DNA of 64,000 bases. Source: an uncultured bacterium (GTDB taxonomy: Bacteria; Krumholzibacteriota; Krumholzibacteriia; LZORAL124-64-63). Below, piece after piece: positions 8,891 through 18,957 of this stretch. Position 1 is the first letter of the stretch; each line of letters begins with the position of its first letter. The notes beneath the pieces were generated by a model. The model saw only the letters and a list, made by a program, of their open reading frames with translations, made no database searches and had not been told where the DNA came from. The DNA is taken from contig CAVSGO010000006.1 in assembly GCA_963727525.1 (NCBI GenBank), positions 256,001 through 320,000 of the forward strand, given 5' to 3'. Made by a program: the position numbers and the translations under genes.

Positions 8891-11800
8891 GTGCGTATTG
8901 CCCGAGTGCTATCGAGACATGTTATTGCCTGTATGGCAATAAGTTATATCATTATCGCGACGCCCGGACTGGCGCTCGACCCCGAGCGCGACGTCCGCCA
9001 GTACGGTGTCGATGTCTGGACGTCTCTCGACGGGCTGCCCCAGAACTCCATCCAGGCCATCTGCCAGACTGCCGACGGCTATCTGTGGCTGGGCACGCAG
9101 GAGGGACTGGTTCGGTTCGACGGCGTCCGCTTCCTGGTCTTCGACGAGCGCAACACGCCGGCCATCAGCCACAACGATATCCAGTCCCTGGCCAAGACGG
9201 CCGACGGCAGCCTCTGGATCGCCACCTACGGTGGCGGTCTCGTACGTCGCCAGGGCGATACGTTCACCGCAATCGACGTGCCGCACTCGCTCGATGCCAC
9301 CGCTCACGTCATGACGGTGCGCACGGATGCGGACGACCACCTGTGGATCGGCACGCTCGACGAGGGGCTCTTCCTCTGGGACCACGGCCGCTGCGTGCCG
9401 ATCGACATGCCCGCCGAGTACGCCGACTCCGGTATCCTCGCGGAGGCCACGTCGTCCGACGGCACGCTGTGGGTGGGAACCAATCGCGGCCTCGTACGGC
9501 GCACGCCGCGCGGCTGGGATACCGTGACCCTGCCCGGGTACCAGTACCAGGGCGCTGTGTACGCCCTACACGCCGATGCCGACGGGACGATCTGGATCGG
9601 CACCATGGGGCCACTGCTGGCATGGCGCGATGGCACCTTCACCGCCTACCGGCCGGGCGACGACCGCAGCTGGGACTACGTGCGCGTGATCCGGCGCGAC
9701 AGAGAGGGCACGCTCTGGGTCGGCACGTATGGCGGGGGCCTCCTGCGCCTCCAGGGTGGCAAGCTCGCCGGTATCTCCAGCCACGACCTCCTGAACGATG
9801 ACTCGGTCCACGCGCTGATCGAGGATCGCGAGGGCTCGCTCTGGGTGGGCACCTTCCACGGCGGCGTGACGCGACTGCACGACACTCCCTTCGCTGCCCT
9901 CGACACCACGACGGGCCTGCCCACGGATCACGTCCGCGTGGTATGCCGGGCTCGCGACGGATCGCTCTGGCTCGGACTCGATTCGGCCGGACTCGCCCAT
10001 GTCACCGGCGACACCATCGGCATCTACACGACGGAAGACGGCCTTCCCGGCAGCACCGTGCATGCCATCTGCGAGAGCCGCGACGGCAGTCTGTGGCTGG
10101 GGACCGATCGTGGCATCAGCCATCTGGAGCACGGCGTCTTCACCAACACGAGTACCGAGAACGGCCTCGCGCACGACGCGGTGCGCGCTGTCTATGAGGA
10201 TAGCCGCGGCTGGCTCTGGGTCGGGACCAAGGGCGGCGGCGTGACCCGTATGATCGACGGCCGCCTCGAGACCTTCGACGTGGAGCACGGCCTGCCATCG
10301 AACATCGTGCGCTGGATCCACGAGGATCGATCCGGTGACCTGTGGTTCGCGACCGAGTCGGGACTCGTGGTGTGGCGCGACGGCCGTTTCATCACCGTCG
10401 GCGCCGACCAGGGCCTCGCGCAGAGCTATGTCATGCATACCACAGTGGACCCGGACGGTACGCAATGGATCGCCACCTACGGCGACGGCCTCGTACGCTG
10501 GCGTGACGGCGTCGCCACCTATTTGGGGGCGGAGGCGGGCCTGTACGAGACAACCCTCTACTCCGTCACCAGCGATCGGCACGGAAGACTCTGGTTGCCC
10601 TGCAATCGCGGCATCTTCGGCATCGCGAGGCAAGACATCGATCGCTACCTGAAGGGCGAGATCCCGCGGATCCCGACCATCGTCTTCGGGCCGGAGAACG
10701 GCTTCCCCGGAACCGAGTGCAATGGCGGCTCGCAGCCCTCCACGTGGACGCAGCCCGACGGCCGGATCTGGTACACGAGCAACGGCGGCGCGGTGCTCTT
10801 CGATCCGAGCGAGGTGCAGCCCGACCCCATCGCGCCGACCGTGGTGATCGAGGACGTGATCATCGACCGCGTGCCGCGCAGCGCGGTCCAGCTGACGCAC
10901 GTGCCGCCCGGGCGCCGCGATGTCGAGATTCGTTACACGGGTCTCAGCTTCCGCAATCCCCGCGGCGTCCGTTTCCGGTACAAGCTCGAGGGGTTCGATA
11001 CCGACTGGTTCGAGGCCGGTACGCGTCGCGCCGCGTACTACACGAACCTGCCCCCGGGCGACTTCGCATTCCGCGTCTTGGCTTGCAACGCCGACGGCAT
11101 GTGGAACGACATCGGGGCTACCCTGCACTTCGAGCTTGAACCGCGCCTTTACGAGACGGCGCTGTTCAAGAGCCTTTGCCTCGCCGTCGTCGTGATCGGC
11201 TTCATCATGACGTGGCGCTGGCGCGACCGTCAGCTCCAGGTGCGCCAGGACCAGCTCCAGGTGCTGGTGCACGACAAGACGCGGGAGCTCAACGCCGCGA
11301 AGCAGGCGGCCGACATGGCGAACGCCGCCAAGAGCGTGTTCCTGGCGAACATGAGTCACGAGATCCGCACACCCATGAACGCCGTCATCGGCATGACGGA
11401 GCTGATGCGCACGACGGAGCTGGCGCCCGATCAGCGCGAATCGCTGGATATCGTGAGCAGCTCGGCCCGCGCCCTGCTCGATTTGCTGAACGATATTCTT
11501 GATTTCACCAAGATCGAAGCCGAGAAGCTGGAACTCGCGCCGCACGTGTTCGAGGTGCGCGACTTCCTCGACGAGGTCATCCGCACCGTGGCCCTGCGCG
11601 CCGAGGAGAAGGGCCTCGACCTCACCTGCGCCATCGCGCACGACGTGCCGGTACTCCTGATGGGCGACTCCCTACGCCTGCGCCAGATCGTCATGAACCT
11701 CGTGGGCAATGCGATCAAGTTCACCGAGCAAGGAAGCGTGACGGTCACGGTGCGCAATGCCGCGCGCGAGGGCGACGGCGTGCTGCTCGAGTGCCAGGTG

Positions 11801-12892
11801 GTCGACACCGGCGTGGGCCTCTCGCCGGCCGCGCAGGCGCGCATCTTCCATCCTTTCACCCAGGCCGACGCCTCCGTCACGCGCCGACACGGCGGCACCG
11901 GGCTCGGTCTCGCCATCTGCGCCCGGCTGGTCGAACTGTTCGGCGGCACGATCGGCGTGACCAGCGAGGCTGGGCGAGGGTCGTGTTTCACCTTCACCGC
12001 CCGTTTCGCGGTGGCCACGGAGGGCGCCGTCGTGGCCGAGCCCGCAGACCCCGACGAACTGGTCGGCCATCGGGTACTCGTCGTCGATAGCAGCGCGAAC
12101 CATCGACGCCGCGTCACCAAGATTTGCGAGCGCTGGGGAATGGCCGTCGCCGCGGCGCCGACGCCACAGGATGCCCCGAACATGGCCGAGGCGGCCGCGC
12201 TCGTGGGTGAGCCGTACTCGATGGTCATCTTCGAGTATGCGCCGCCTGACCACGACCTGGCGGCCATCTGCCACGAGTGGAGCGGCGGCGACTCGCGGCC
12301 CGACGCCATTCCCGTGCTGGTGACGGCCCGCATGAGCCTGATCGGCCAGGCCCATGGCTGTGCCCACGCCGCGATCCGCGGGCACCTCGTGCGACCCGTC
12401 CGCCAGAAGGACCTGCTCGACGCCGTACGCTCCGTCCTCGGGTCCGATCCGAGTGAAGTCGAGGCGCCTGGCCTGCCGTTGCCGCGGATCAGCCGCGGAC
12501 TCTCGATTCTCGTGGCCGAGGACAACCCGGTGAACCAGCTCGTGGCGCGGCGCCTGCTCGAGCGCGACGGGCACGCCGTGACCATGGTCGCCAACGGACG
12601 CGAGGCCCTGACCGCCCTCGAGAACACGCACTTCGATCTCGTGTTCATGGACGTGCAGATGCCCGAGCTGGACGGCCTCGAGGCGATCCGTATCTGGCGA
12701 GACCGCGAGCAGCAGCGAGATGTCGCGCACCCGGCGCCCATCGTCGCGCTCACGGCCCACGCCATGACGGGCGACCGCGATCGCTGCCTCGCAGCCGGCG
12801 CCGACGACTACCTCACCAAGCCGATCGACGCGGCCGCCCTCAAGGCCATCATCGACCGCCAAGCCTCCGTGCTTCTCGACGGTTCTGCCTAG
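8891..12892 (+). CDS. Hybrid sensor histidine kinase/response regulator with beta-propeller (Reg_prop) and Y_Y_Y sensor domain
   Basis: D-x-x-G-x-LW-x-GT repeats, [12 protein letters not shown] domain, [17 protein letters not shown]-box, N/G1/F/G2 boxes, two REC domains. Confidence 0.95.
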   Translation: MRIARVLSRHVIACMAISYIIIATPGLALDPERDVRQYGVDVWTSLDGLPQNSIQAICQTADGYLWLGTQEGLVRFDGVRFLVFDERNTPAISHNDIQSLAKTADGSLWIATYGGGLVRRQGDTFTAIDVPHSLDATAHVMTVRTDADDHLWIGTLDEGLFLWDHGRCVPIDMPAEYADSGILAEATSSDGTLWVGTNRGLVRRTPRGWDTVTLPGYQYQGAVYALHADADGTIWIGTMGPLLAWRDGTFTAYRPGDDRSWDYVRVIRRDREGTLWVGTYGGGLLRLQGGKLAGISSHDLLNDDSVHALIEDREGSLWVGTFHGGVTRLHDTPFAALDTTTGLPTDHVRVVCRARDGSLWLGLDSAGLAHVTGDTIGIYTTEDGLPGSTVHAICESRDGSLWLGTDRGISHLEHGVFTNTSTENGLAHDAVRAVYEDSRGWLWVGTKGGGVTRMIDGRLETFDVEHGLPSNIVRWIHEDRSGDLWFATESGLVVWRDGRFITVGADQGLAQSYVMHTTVDPDGTQWIATYGDGLVRWRDGVATYLGAEAGLYETTLYSVTSDRHGRLWLPCNRGIFGIARQDIDRYLKGEIPRIPTIVFGPENGFPGTECNGGSQPSTWTQPDGRIWYTSNGGAVLFDPSEVQPDPIAPTVVIEDVIIDRVPRSAVQLTHVPPGRRDVEIRYTGLSFRNPRGVRFRYKLEGFDTDWFEAGTRRAAYYTNLPPGDFAFRVLACNADGMWNDIGATLHFELEPRLYETALFKSLCLAVVVIGFIMTWRWRDRQLQVRQDQLQVLVHDKTRELNAAKQAADMANAAKSVFLANMSHEIRTPMNAVIGMTELMRTTELAPDQRESLDIVSSSARALLDLLNDILDFTKIEAEKLELAPHVFEVRDFLDEVIRTVALRAEEKGLDLTCAIAHDVPVLLMGDSLRLRQIVMNLVGNAIKFTEQGSVTVTVRNAAREGDGVLLECQVVDTGVGLSPAAQARIFHPFTQADASVTRRHGGTGLGLAICARLVELFGGTIGVTSEAGRGSCFTFTARFAVATEGAVVAEPADPDELVGHRVLVVDSSANHRRRVTKICERWGMAVAAAPTPQDAPNMAEAAALVGEPYSMVIFEYAPPDHDLAAICHEWSGGDSRPDAIPVLVTARMSLIGQAHGCAHAAIRGHLVRPVRQKDLLDAVRSVLGSDPSEVEAPGLPLPRISRGLSILVAEDNPVNQLVARRLLERDGHAVTMVANGREALTALENTHFDLVFMDVQMPELDGLEAIRIWRDREQQRDVAHPAPIVALTAHAMTGDRDRCLAAGADDYLTKPIDAAALKAIIDRQASVLLDGSA

Positions 12893-13034
12893 AAGAATGT
12901 TGATGGCACCGGATAGCTGACAATTCCGATACAGATCACATGGAACATCGTAATTTATGGGCCGTCTTCCTCGACATGTGGCCATTTTCCAACCTTCACG
13001 GCCCCATCAACAATCTTCGAGGCACAATACAGAG

Positions 13035-13062
13035 TTCATTAATTTTACAAAAAGAGTATAAT
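13035..13062 (+). promoter_or_regulatory. Candidate sigma70 promoter in AT-rich intergenic region
   Basis: TTCATT(13035-40), 16 nt spacer, TATAAT(13057-62), upstream of the small peptide gene. Confidence 0.35.
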
Positions 13063-13174
13063 CATGATAATTTCTTGTTGCTGAACCATTCGATGCGTGA
13101 TAATATTGGTGCTGATTTTGACGCAAGACTCCCTCGCCACGGCGCGGGATAGAGACAACTCGGAGGAACACCCC

Positions 13175-13372
13175 ATGGACACCAAGCAGACGTACAACAG
13201 TCCTCAGATCACGACCGTGCCCCTGCATGTCGGCATTTTCGGCGACTACGGCAATGGCGGCGGTGGCGGTGGCGGTGGCGGCGGCCACCATCACGGCGGT
13301 GGCGGTCACCACGGCGGTGGCTGGCACGGGATCGGTGGCGGCTCGGGTCTGTTCGACGGATCGTCGGACTGA
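13175..13372 (+). CDS. 65-aa Gly/His-rich peptide with RiPP-like (YxxPxI) leader
   Basis: GGAGG RBS at 13162-66; MDTKQTYNSPQITTVPLHVGIFGDYGNG10HHHGGGGHHGGGWHGIGGGSGLFDGSSD; followed by a hairpin. Confidence 0.7.
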   Translation: MDTKQTYNSPQITTVPLHVGIFGDYGNGGGGGGGGGGHHHGGGGHHGGGWHGIGGGSGLFDGSSD

Positions 13373-13396
13373 GCCTCGCAAGAACCACGCGGTAGG

Positions 13397-13427
13397 AGGC
13401 GGTCGATCACGCCGATCGACCGCCTTC
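13397..13427 (+). terminator. Hairpin after the small peptide gene
   Basis: Perfect 12-bp stem AGGCGGTCGATC / GATCGACCGCCT with 5-nt loop; weak U tract. Confidence 0.6.
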
Positions 13428-13451
13428 GCATGTGTGTGGTAGGATGAGACG

Positions 13452-14003
13452 GTGGCTATCGTTCTCAGTATCCTGCTCGGCATTGGACTCGCGGCGGCGG
13501 TGGGGTTGCGGGTGTTCGTGCCGTTCCTGCTGGTCGCCCTCGTGGCCCACGGCGGGCACGTTCCCCTCGCCCCGCATTTCGCCTGGCTGGCCACACGCCC
13601 GGCGCTCGTGATGCTCGCCGTCGCCACGGTGGCGGAGGTCGCCGCTTACCACGTGCCCGGACTCGATCATGCGCTCGACGTGATCGCGGGCCCGGCGGCG
13701 GTCATCGGCGGTATACTGCTCGTGGCGGCCACCGCGGTCCCCCTTGATCCGGCCATCCGCTGGACGCTCGCCATCATCGCGGGCGGCGGGGTGGCGGGCC
13801 TGGTGCAGACCGGGACGGCTGGCCTGCGCGTGGGCTCCACGATCACCACGGGCGGTTTCGCCAACCCGTTGCTGGCGACCGCGGAAACCGGTGGCGCGGT
13901 GGTGCTCACGGGCCTGGCGCTGGTGATGCCGGTGCTGGTTCTGGTGGCGGTGGTGCCGATCGTGGTGCTCGTGCGCCGCCGACGTCACCGGCGGCCGGCG
14001 TGA
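13452..14003 (+). CDS. DUF4126-family membrane protein
   Basis: LGIGLAAAVGLRVFVP, E-x-x-AY-x-VPGLDHALD, TTGGFANP-x-x-ATAE motifs. Confidence 0.8.
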   Translation: MAIVLSILLGIGLAAAVGLRVFVPFLLVALVAHGGHVPLAPHFAWLATRPALVMLAVATVAEVAAYHVPGLDHALDVIAGPAAVIGGILLVAATAVPLDPAIRWTLAIIAGGGVAGLVQTGTAGLRVGSTITTGGFANPLLATAETGGAVVLTGLALVMPVLVLVAVVPIVVLVRRRRHRRPA

Positions 14004-14091
14004 GTTTGAATAGCGAAACCGGTCATATTTGCTTTTGTATGCAGTCACCGCCGCACTTTCAATCCAAGGATTGATTCCTGGGAGGTTCACC

Positions 14092-14616
14092 ATGGTCACT
14101 TGGTCACGAACTCTGATTTTCGTTCTCGTCGTGCTGGCTTTCGCCGCGCCGGCTCTGGCGGACGGCACCCCGATTCCCGAGGAATGGCTCGGAATCTGGG
14201 AGCAGACGGTCAACATCTACGACTGCGACACCAACGATCTCCTCTTCACGACCACACAGCTCGATACCTTATGCCCCGGAGCCGTCTTCGAGGATCCGGA
14301 CGGCGGGGGCACCACGCTCAACTGCACGACGACCGCCGATGGCTCGTCCTACACGACCCACTGCGAAGGCTCGTCCGAGGTTTTCCCGGGCTGCACCTCG
14401 TCCTTCGTCTACGACGTGACGGGTACCCTTTCGGGCGACTCCTATTCGGCGACCTCGGTCACCAACATCAGTTTCACCGGCGACTGCCAGGATCTGCCCG
14501 ATCAGTGCCAGCGCACCGAACTGAGCGGCACCCGACTGGGCCCGGCGCCGGAGCCGTGCGGGAGTTCCCCGGTGGAACACCAGTCCTGGGGTTCCATCAA
14601 GTCCCTGTATCGCTGA
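14092..14616 (+). CDS. Secreted Cys-rich protein with C-terminal SWGSIKSLYR tail
   Basis: GGAGG RBS; signal peptide ending APALA; 8 Cys; ends PVEHQSWGSIKSLYR. Confidence 0.8.
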   Translation: MVTWSRTLIFVLVVLAFAAPALADGTPIPEEWLGIWEQTVNIYDCDTNDLLFTTTQLDTLCPGAVFEDPDGGGTTLNCTTTADGSSYTTHCEGSSEVFPGCTSSFVYDVTGTLSGDSYSATSVTNISFTGDCQDLPDQCQRTELSGTRLGPAPEPCGSSPVEHQSWGSIKSLYR

Positions 14617-14776
14617 TGATGACGTAGTCCGATGCGAGGGCCGTCTCTTCCCTTGAGGCGGCCCCGTCCCACCCGTCGCCTCCTGTCTTGCCGGCGTCCC
14701 TGATCAGGTCGATTGTCCCCACGGCCAGCCGTGTGTTAATGTAGGCCCGTGGGGGAGCGAGCCAAGGAGAACCGCC

Positions 14777-16510
14777 ATGCGTTGCCTTACGTTGCGGCGA
14801 ACCATCATTCAGGCTTCGACGCTTGTCCTTCTGGGGCTGGCGCTGAGCCGGGTGCAGACCGCGAGGGCCATCGACCTTCCATCGGATGCGCGCGCACTCG
14901 TGCCGGCGTCGGCGGTGCTGGTCGCTGCGGGTACGTCGCTCGACGACGTCGACCGGGTCTGGGCCAAGCTCGACGGCGCCGAAGCGGGCCCCGACGGACC
15001 GGAGGACGACGAGCCCTCGGTGCGCGAGATGATCACGCGGTTCGCCCCCGACGTGGCACCATATGTGCGAGGCGATCAGCCGCTGGCAGTGGCTCTGGTT
15101 CTCGACGTCGGCGGCGGTCCTCGCCCCTATGCGGTGACCCTCGTATTGCCGGTGAAGCCGGAGGTGCTCAACCCCCCGTTCCTGCGCACGATCACGGGAA
15201 CGCTGACGTCGCGGGTCCGGGGCGGCTACCTGGGACTGTCCATGGAGCCGGGCTATGCGAACCAGGCCACGGGCAACGCCCTGATCGACCATCTGGCCGC
15301 GGGCGTGGTGGCCGTCAGCGTGGACATGCAGACGATCCTGAGCACGCTGCAGCCATTCGTGGAGATGGGCCTGTCCGCGATGGAGCAGCAGGCGCAGGCC
15401 CCGGCCGATTCGACGGGGTCGTCTCAATCCCGGATGACGCCCGAGCAGATCGCCGCGACCCAGACCATGATCCGCGAGCTGATGGCCGGGATGCAGCGCC
15501 TCGATGCGAACGTCGACGATCAGGCCGCCATTCCGCGCTGCGCCGTGACGCTGGCGGGCAAGCCGGGCAGCATCTTCGATCTCGGCCCCCAGCCCGATTT
15601 CCAGCAGGCCGTGGCGCTGGGGCGCTTCCTGCCGGCCGACCTGCCGCTGGCCGAGATCGGGTGCGTGGATGCGACCACGGTGATCGGCCGCTTCCAGCCG
15701 ATGATCGACTCGATGTGCGAGTCCGCCGCGGCGACCATGCCGGACGCCGTGCGCGAAGGCTATACACAGTGGCTGAAGCAGAGCACACAGTTCACCGATC
15801 TATGGTCGCGGCCCTTCGCGTGCGCGTTCGACCTCGGCCCCGACGGCCTGCGCATTGCCGGCGTGGTCGCCATGGATGACGCGCCCACCCAGCTCGAGCG
15901 GATCCTCGCGTTCTACGAGGGCATCGACGCGGCGGGCATGGGCCTCGCGCTCGAGGCGCTCCCGGCGCGCGACATGGCAGGGGTGCACGTGCGCGGGTAC
16001 CGCGTGGTCGTGGACAAGGAGCGCCTCGCCGCGGCCGTGGCAGAGGGTGACGGCAAGGACGCTGAGAAAGCGTTCGAGACCATGGCGCGCCTCTACCCCG
16101 CCATCTGGGCGGCGGCGTTGCCCGGATCGATCGTGTATTGCGCCGACCCCGATCCGGGGGCGATGGGCGATCTCCTGCAGGCCGTGCAGCGCAACCAGGG
16201 CGTACCGAGGCGCGATCTCGCGAGCGCGGTGGACAACGCGGCCCCGCACACGCAGGCGCTCGTGGTGGGCGATCTGCGTCGCTTCCTGCATCATGCCTTC
16301 GCCTGGACGGCGAAGATCGAGGCCGGTCCCCACGCGGCCTTGCCGGAAATCCAGGCAGGCAATCCCGTCCCCTTCGTGGCCGCCTACACCGTCGCGGGTG
16401 CCGAAGCCGGCATGACCATCGACGTCGATCTCGATGCCCTGCACGAGCTGATCTACTCGTTCGAGAAGGCGAAGCAGGAATCGCAGACCGACGACCGCGA
16501 CGCACACTGA
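14777..16510 (+). CDS. Hypothetical exported protein
   Basis: AAGGAG RBS, signal-peptide-like N-terminus, 577-aa ORF with host-like codon usage. Confidence 0.75.
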   Translation: MRCLTLRRTIIQASTLVLLGLALSRVQTARAIDLPSDARALVPASAVLVAAGTSLDDVDRVWAKLDGAEAGPDGPEDDEPSVREMITRFAPDVAPYVRGDQPLAVALVLDVGGGPRPYAVTLVLPVKPEVLNPPFLRTITGTLTSRVRGGYLGLSMEPGYANQATGNALIDHLAAGVVAVSVDMQTILSTLQPFVEMGLSAMEQQAQAPADSTGSSQSRMTPEQIAATQTMIRELMAGMQRLDANVDDQAAIPRCAVTLAGKPGSIFDLGPQPDFQQAVALGRFLPADLPLAEIGCVDATTVIGRFQPMIDSMCESAAATMPDAVREGYTQWLKQSTQFTDLWSRPFACAFDLGPDGLRIAGVVAMDDAPTQLERILAFYEGIDAAGMGLALEALPARDMAGVHVRGYRVVVDKERLAAAVAEGDGKDAEKAFETMARLYPAIWAAALPGSIVYCADPDPGAMGDLLQAVQRNQGVPRRDLASAVDNAAPHTQALVVGDLRRFLHHAFAWTAKIEAGPHAALPEIQAGNPVPFVAAYTVAGAEAGMTIDVDLDALHELIYSFEKAKQESQTDDRDAH

Positions 16511-16532
16511 ACCTGGAGCGAAACCTTACCTC

Positions 16533-17630
16533 ATGCCCGATCCCGTGACCGGAGTTCTCGATCCGTCACCGCGCGGTGGCGGCCATCTACGCGATGCCGT
16601 GCGTTCCTTCCAGCCCAATCCGGGCGACCCGTTCGTGACGCCGGCGCTGGTGAAGCAGCACGGCCTCGTGGCGGGTGCGGTGGTGACCGGCCCGGTGACC
16701 GGTGGGCCCAAGGGGGCTCAGCTCACCGCCGTGACGTCGGTGTGCGGCCTCGCGCCAGAGGCGTTCCGCGCGCGCACCCCGCTGACCCAGCGCACGGCCA
16801 TCAATCCCGACCGGCGTTTCCGGCTCGGCGATGGCGGCAATCCCTCGATGCGGGTGATCGAGCTTTTCGCGCCCATCGCACGGGGGACGCGCGCACTCAT
16901 CGTGTCGCCCCCGAAGGCCGGCAAGACCCAGCTTCTCGAGGATCTGGCGGTGGCCATCTCGGCCGATGACCCGCATACCCGCATCGTCGTGCTGCTCATC
17001 GACGAGCGCCCCGAGGAGGTGACACACTTCCGCCGAAGCGTACCCGCGGAGGTGCTGGCGAGCAGCAGCGATCAGAGCGTCGACTCGCACGTACGCGTGG
17101 CCGAGATGTGCGTGGCGCAGGTGCGGTGCGAGGTGGAGTGCGGGCATGACGTTGTGGTACTGATGGACAGCATCACTCGCATGGGCCGCGCCTACAACCA
17201 GCACGGCACCGGCTCGCGTCGCACCCTGAGCGGCGGGCTCGACTCGCGTGCCCTCGAGATCCCGCGCAAGTTCTTCGGCATGGCGCGCAACGTGGAGGGC
17301 GGCGGTTCGGTGACGATCGTCGCCACCGCGCTCGTCGACACGGGATCGCGCATGGACGAGCTGATCTTCGAGGAGTTCAAGGGCACGGGGAACTGCGAGG
17401 TGGTCCTCGATCGCCAGCTCGCCGAGAGTCGCGTGTTCCCGGCCATCGACCTGGCCCGCAGCGGAACCCGCCGCGACGAGCTGCTCTATGGCGAGGACGA
17501 GCTGCAAGCCCTGAATCTGCTGCGGCGCCGCGCCGTGGCCGTGCCGCCGCGCCAGGGCATGGAGGGACTGCTCAAGTTGCTGGACCAGCACGCGTCCAAC
17601 GCCGAGCTGCTGGCGTCGATCCGCGACTGA
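16533..17630 (+). CDS. rho: Transcription termination factor Rho (short, divergent N-terminus)
   Basis: [63 protein letters not shown][12 protein letters not shown]. Confidence 0.92.
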   Translation: MPDPVTGVLDPSPRGGGHLRDAVRSFQPNPGDPFVTPALVKQHGLVAGAVVTGPVTGGPKGAQLTAVTSVCGLAPEAFRARTPLTQRTAINPDRRFRLGDGGNPSMRVIELFAPIARGTRALIVSPPKAGKTQLLEDLAVAISADDPHTRIVVLLIDERPEEVTHFRRSVPAEVLASSSDQSVDSHVRVAEMCVAQVRCEVECGHDVVVLMDSITRMGRAYNQHGTGSRRTLSGGLDSRALEIPRKFFGMARNVEGGGSVTIVATALVDTGSRMDELIFEEFKGTGNCEVVLDRQLAESRVFPAIDLARSGTRRDELLYGEDELQALNLLRRRAVAVPPRQGMEGLLKLLDQHASNAELLASIRD

Positions 17631-17671
17631 GCCCCGCGCCAGGCTTTACTCCGCTGCGCGCTCGCAGTACC

Positions 17672-18277
17672 ATGGTGGCGATGAAACTCGTAGGTGTCGT
17701 GCTGGCTGGGGGGAACTCGCGGCGAGCCGGAGTCTTGAAGCCGGCTCACGTGCATGCCGGGAAGTCCTTGCTGGCCCACGCCGTCGATGGGATGGCGCCT
17801 TGGTGTGAGCGTGTGGTCGTGGTCGTCGGCTACCGTGCCGACGAGGTGGCGACGCTCGTGCGCGGACACGATGGGGTGACGACGATCCTGAATCCCATGT
17901 ACACGGCCGGAATGTTCACGTCCGTGCAGACCGGTGTCCAGGCGCTGGACGCCGGCGCGGACGGGTTCTTCGTGCTCCCTGTCGATTGCCCGCTAGTAAG
18001 GGCGAGCACGTATGAGACGCTCGTGGCGTCGTTCGAGCAGGCAGGCGGCAACGTGGCGATCCTGCCGGAGTGCGACGGACGCGGTGGCCATCCCGTGTTG
18101 CTGCCGATGGCGGCGCGCGATACGGTCCTGGCCGAACCTGCAACGAGCCGTTTGCGCGATGTGATGCGCCGGCTGCACCCACGTCGGGTCGCGGTATCGG
18201 ACAGGGGGATCTTGATGGACATCGACACGGCGGCCGACCTCGAGGCCCTTTCCGCGATCGAGGAGGGGACACGATGA
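17672..18277 (+). CDS. mocA: Molybdenum cofactor cytidylyltransferase (MocA/YgfJ-like nucleotidyltransferase)
   Basis: VLAGGNSRR, GMFTSVQTG, LPVDCP, GGHPVLL, DIDT; upstream of xdhC. Confidence 0.8.
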   Translation: MVAMKLVGVVLAGGNSRRAGVLKPAHVHAGKSLLAHAVDGMAPWCERVVVVVGYRADEVATLVRGHDGVTTILNPMYTAGMFTSVQTGVQALDAGADGFFVLPVDCPLVRASTYETLVASFEQAGGNVAILPECDGRGGHPVLLPMAARDTVLAEPATSRLRDVMRRLHPRRVAVSDRGILMDIDTAADLEALSAIEEGTR

Positions 18278-18939
18278 ACGTGGTGCGGTTGGGACGGCGC
18301 ATGGTGCTTGCGGGAGTCTTCTGGGGCGCGATCTGGGGCCTCTATGAGGCCACCGTGGGATTCGCGGTCCACGCCTTCGCGCACATCCCCGGTGCGTCGA
18401 GCACCGTGATGGTGCCGTTCGCGCTGTTCTGCATGTTCAACGCCCTGCGCGCCGGTGGCTCGATCCGCAGCGTGGGCGTGGCGGCAGTCACGGCCGCGTC
18501 CATCAAGCTCATCGATTTTCTCATGGGACCGGTCTCGGCCCTGACGGTCGTGAATCCGGCGGTGGCGATCCTGCTGGAGACTCTCGCGTTCGTGCTCCTG
18601 GCCACGGTCCTCGAGTTGCCGAACCGACGACCTGGGCTGCTGGCGGGAATCGCGGCTCTGCTGGCGTTCAACGTCGGCTGGCGCATCTGTTTCCTCGTGT
18701 ATTACGGCGTGATCGGACTGGTCTGGTCGGTGGGGACGATGGCCGGCGGGTTGCGGGTGCCCCTCGGGTTCCTCATGCGCGACTCGTTGTTGAATACGGC
18801 GGTCGTGGTCGCGCTGGTGGCGCTGGGGCGCCACCGCCAGCGGGAGGTATGGCGGACGCTGCCCCTGCCGCAGCCACGCGGTGTCGTTCTCGTCGTCGCG
18901 CTTGCCGTCCTGTCCGAGGCGGCGAGCCGTTTGCTCTAG
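18274..18939 (+). CDS. Integral membrane protein, possibly ECF S-component-like
   Basis: GGAGG RBS, ATGA overlap with mocA; about 6 TM helices; FWGAIWGLYEATVG and AASIKL...NPAVAILLE motifs. Confidence 0.7.
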   Translation: MNVVRLGRRMVLAGVFWGAIWGLYEATVGFAVHAFAHIPGASSTVMVPFALFCMFNALRAGGSIRSVGVAAVTAASIKLIDFLMGPVSALTVVNPAVAILLETLAFVLLATVLELPNRRPGLLAGIAALLAFNVGWRICFLVYYGVIGLVWSVGTMAGGLRVPLGFLMRDSLLNTAVVVALVALGRHRQREVWRTLPLPQPRGVVLVVALAVLSEAASRLL

Positions 18940-18957
18940 CGCGCCGGGCGGTGCGAC

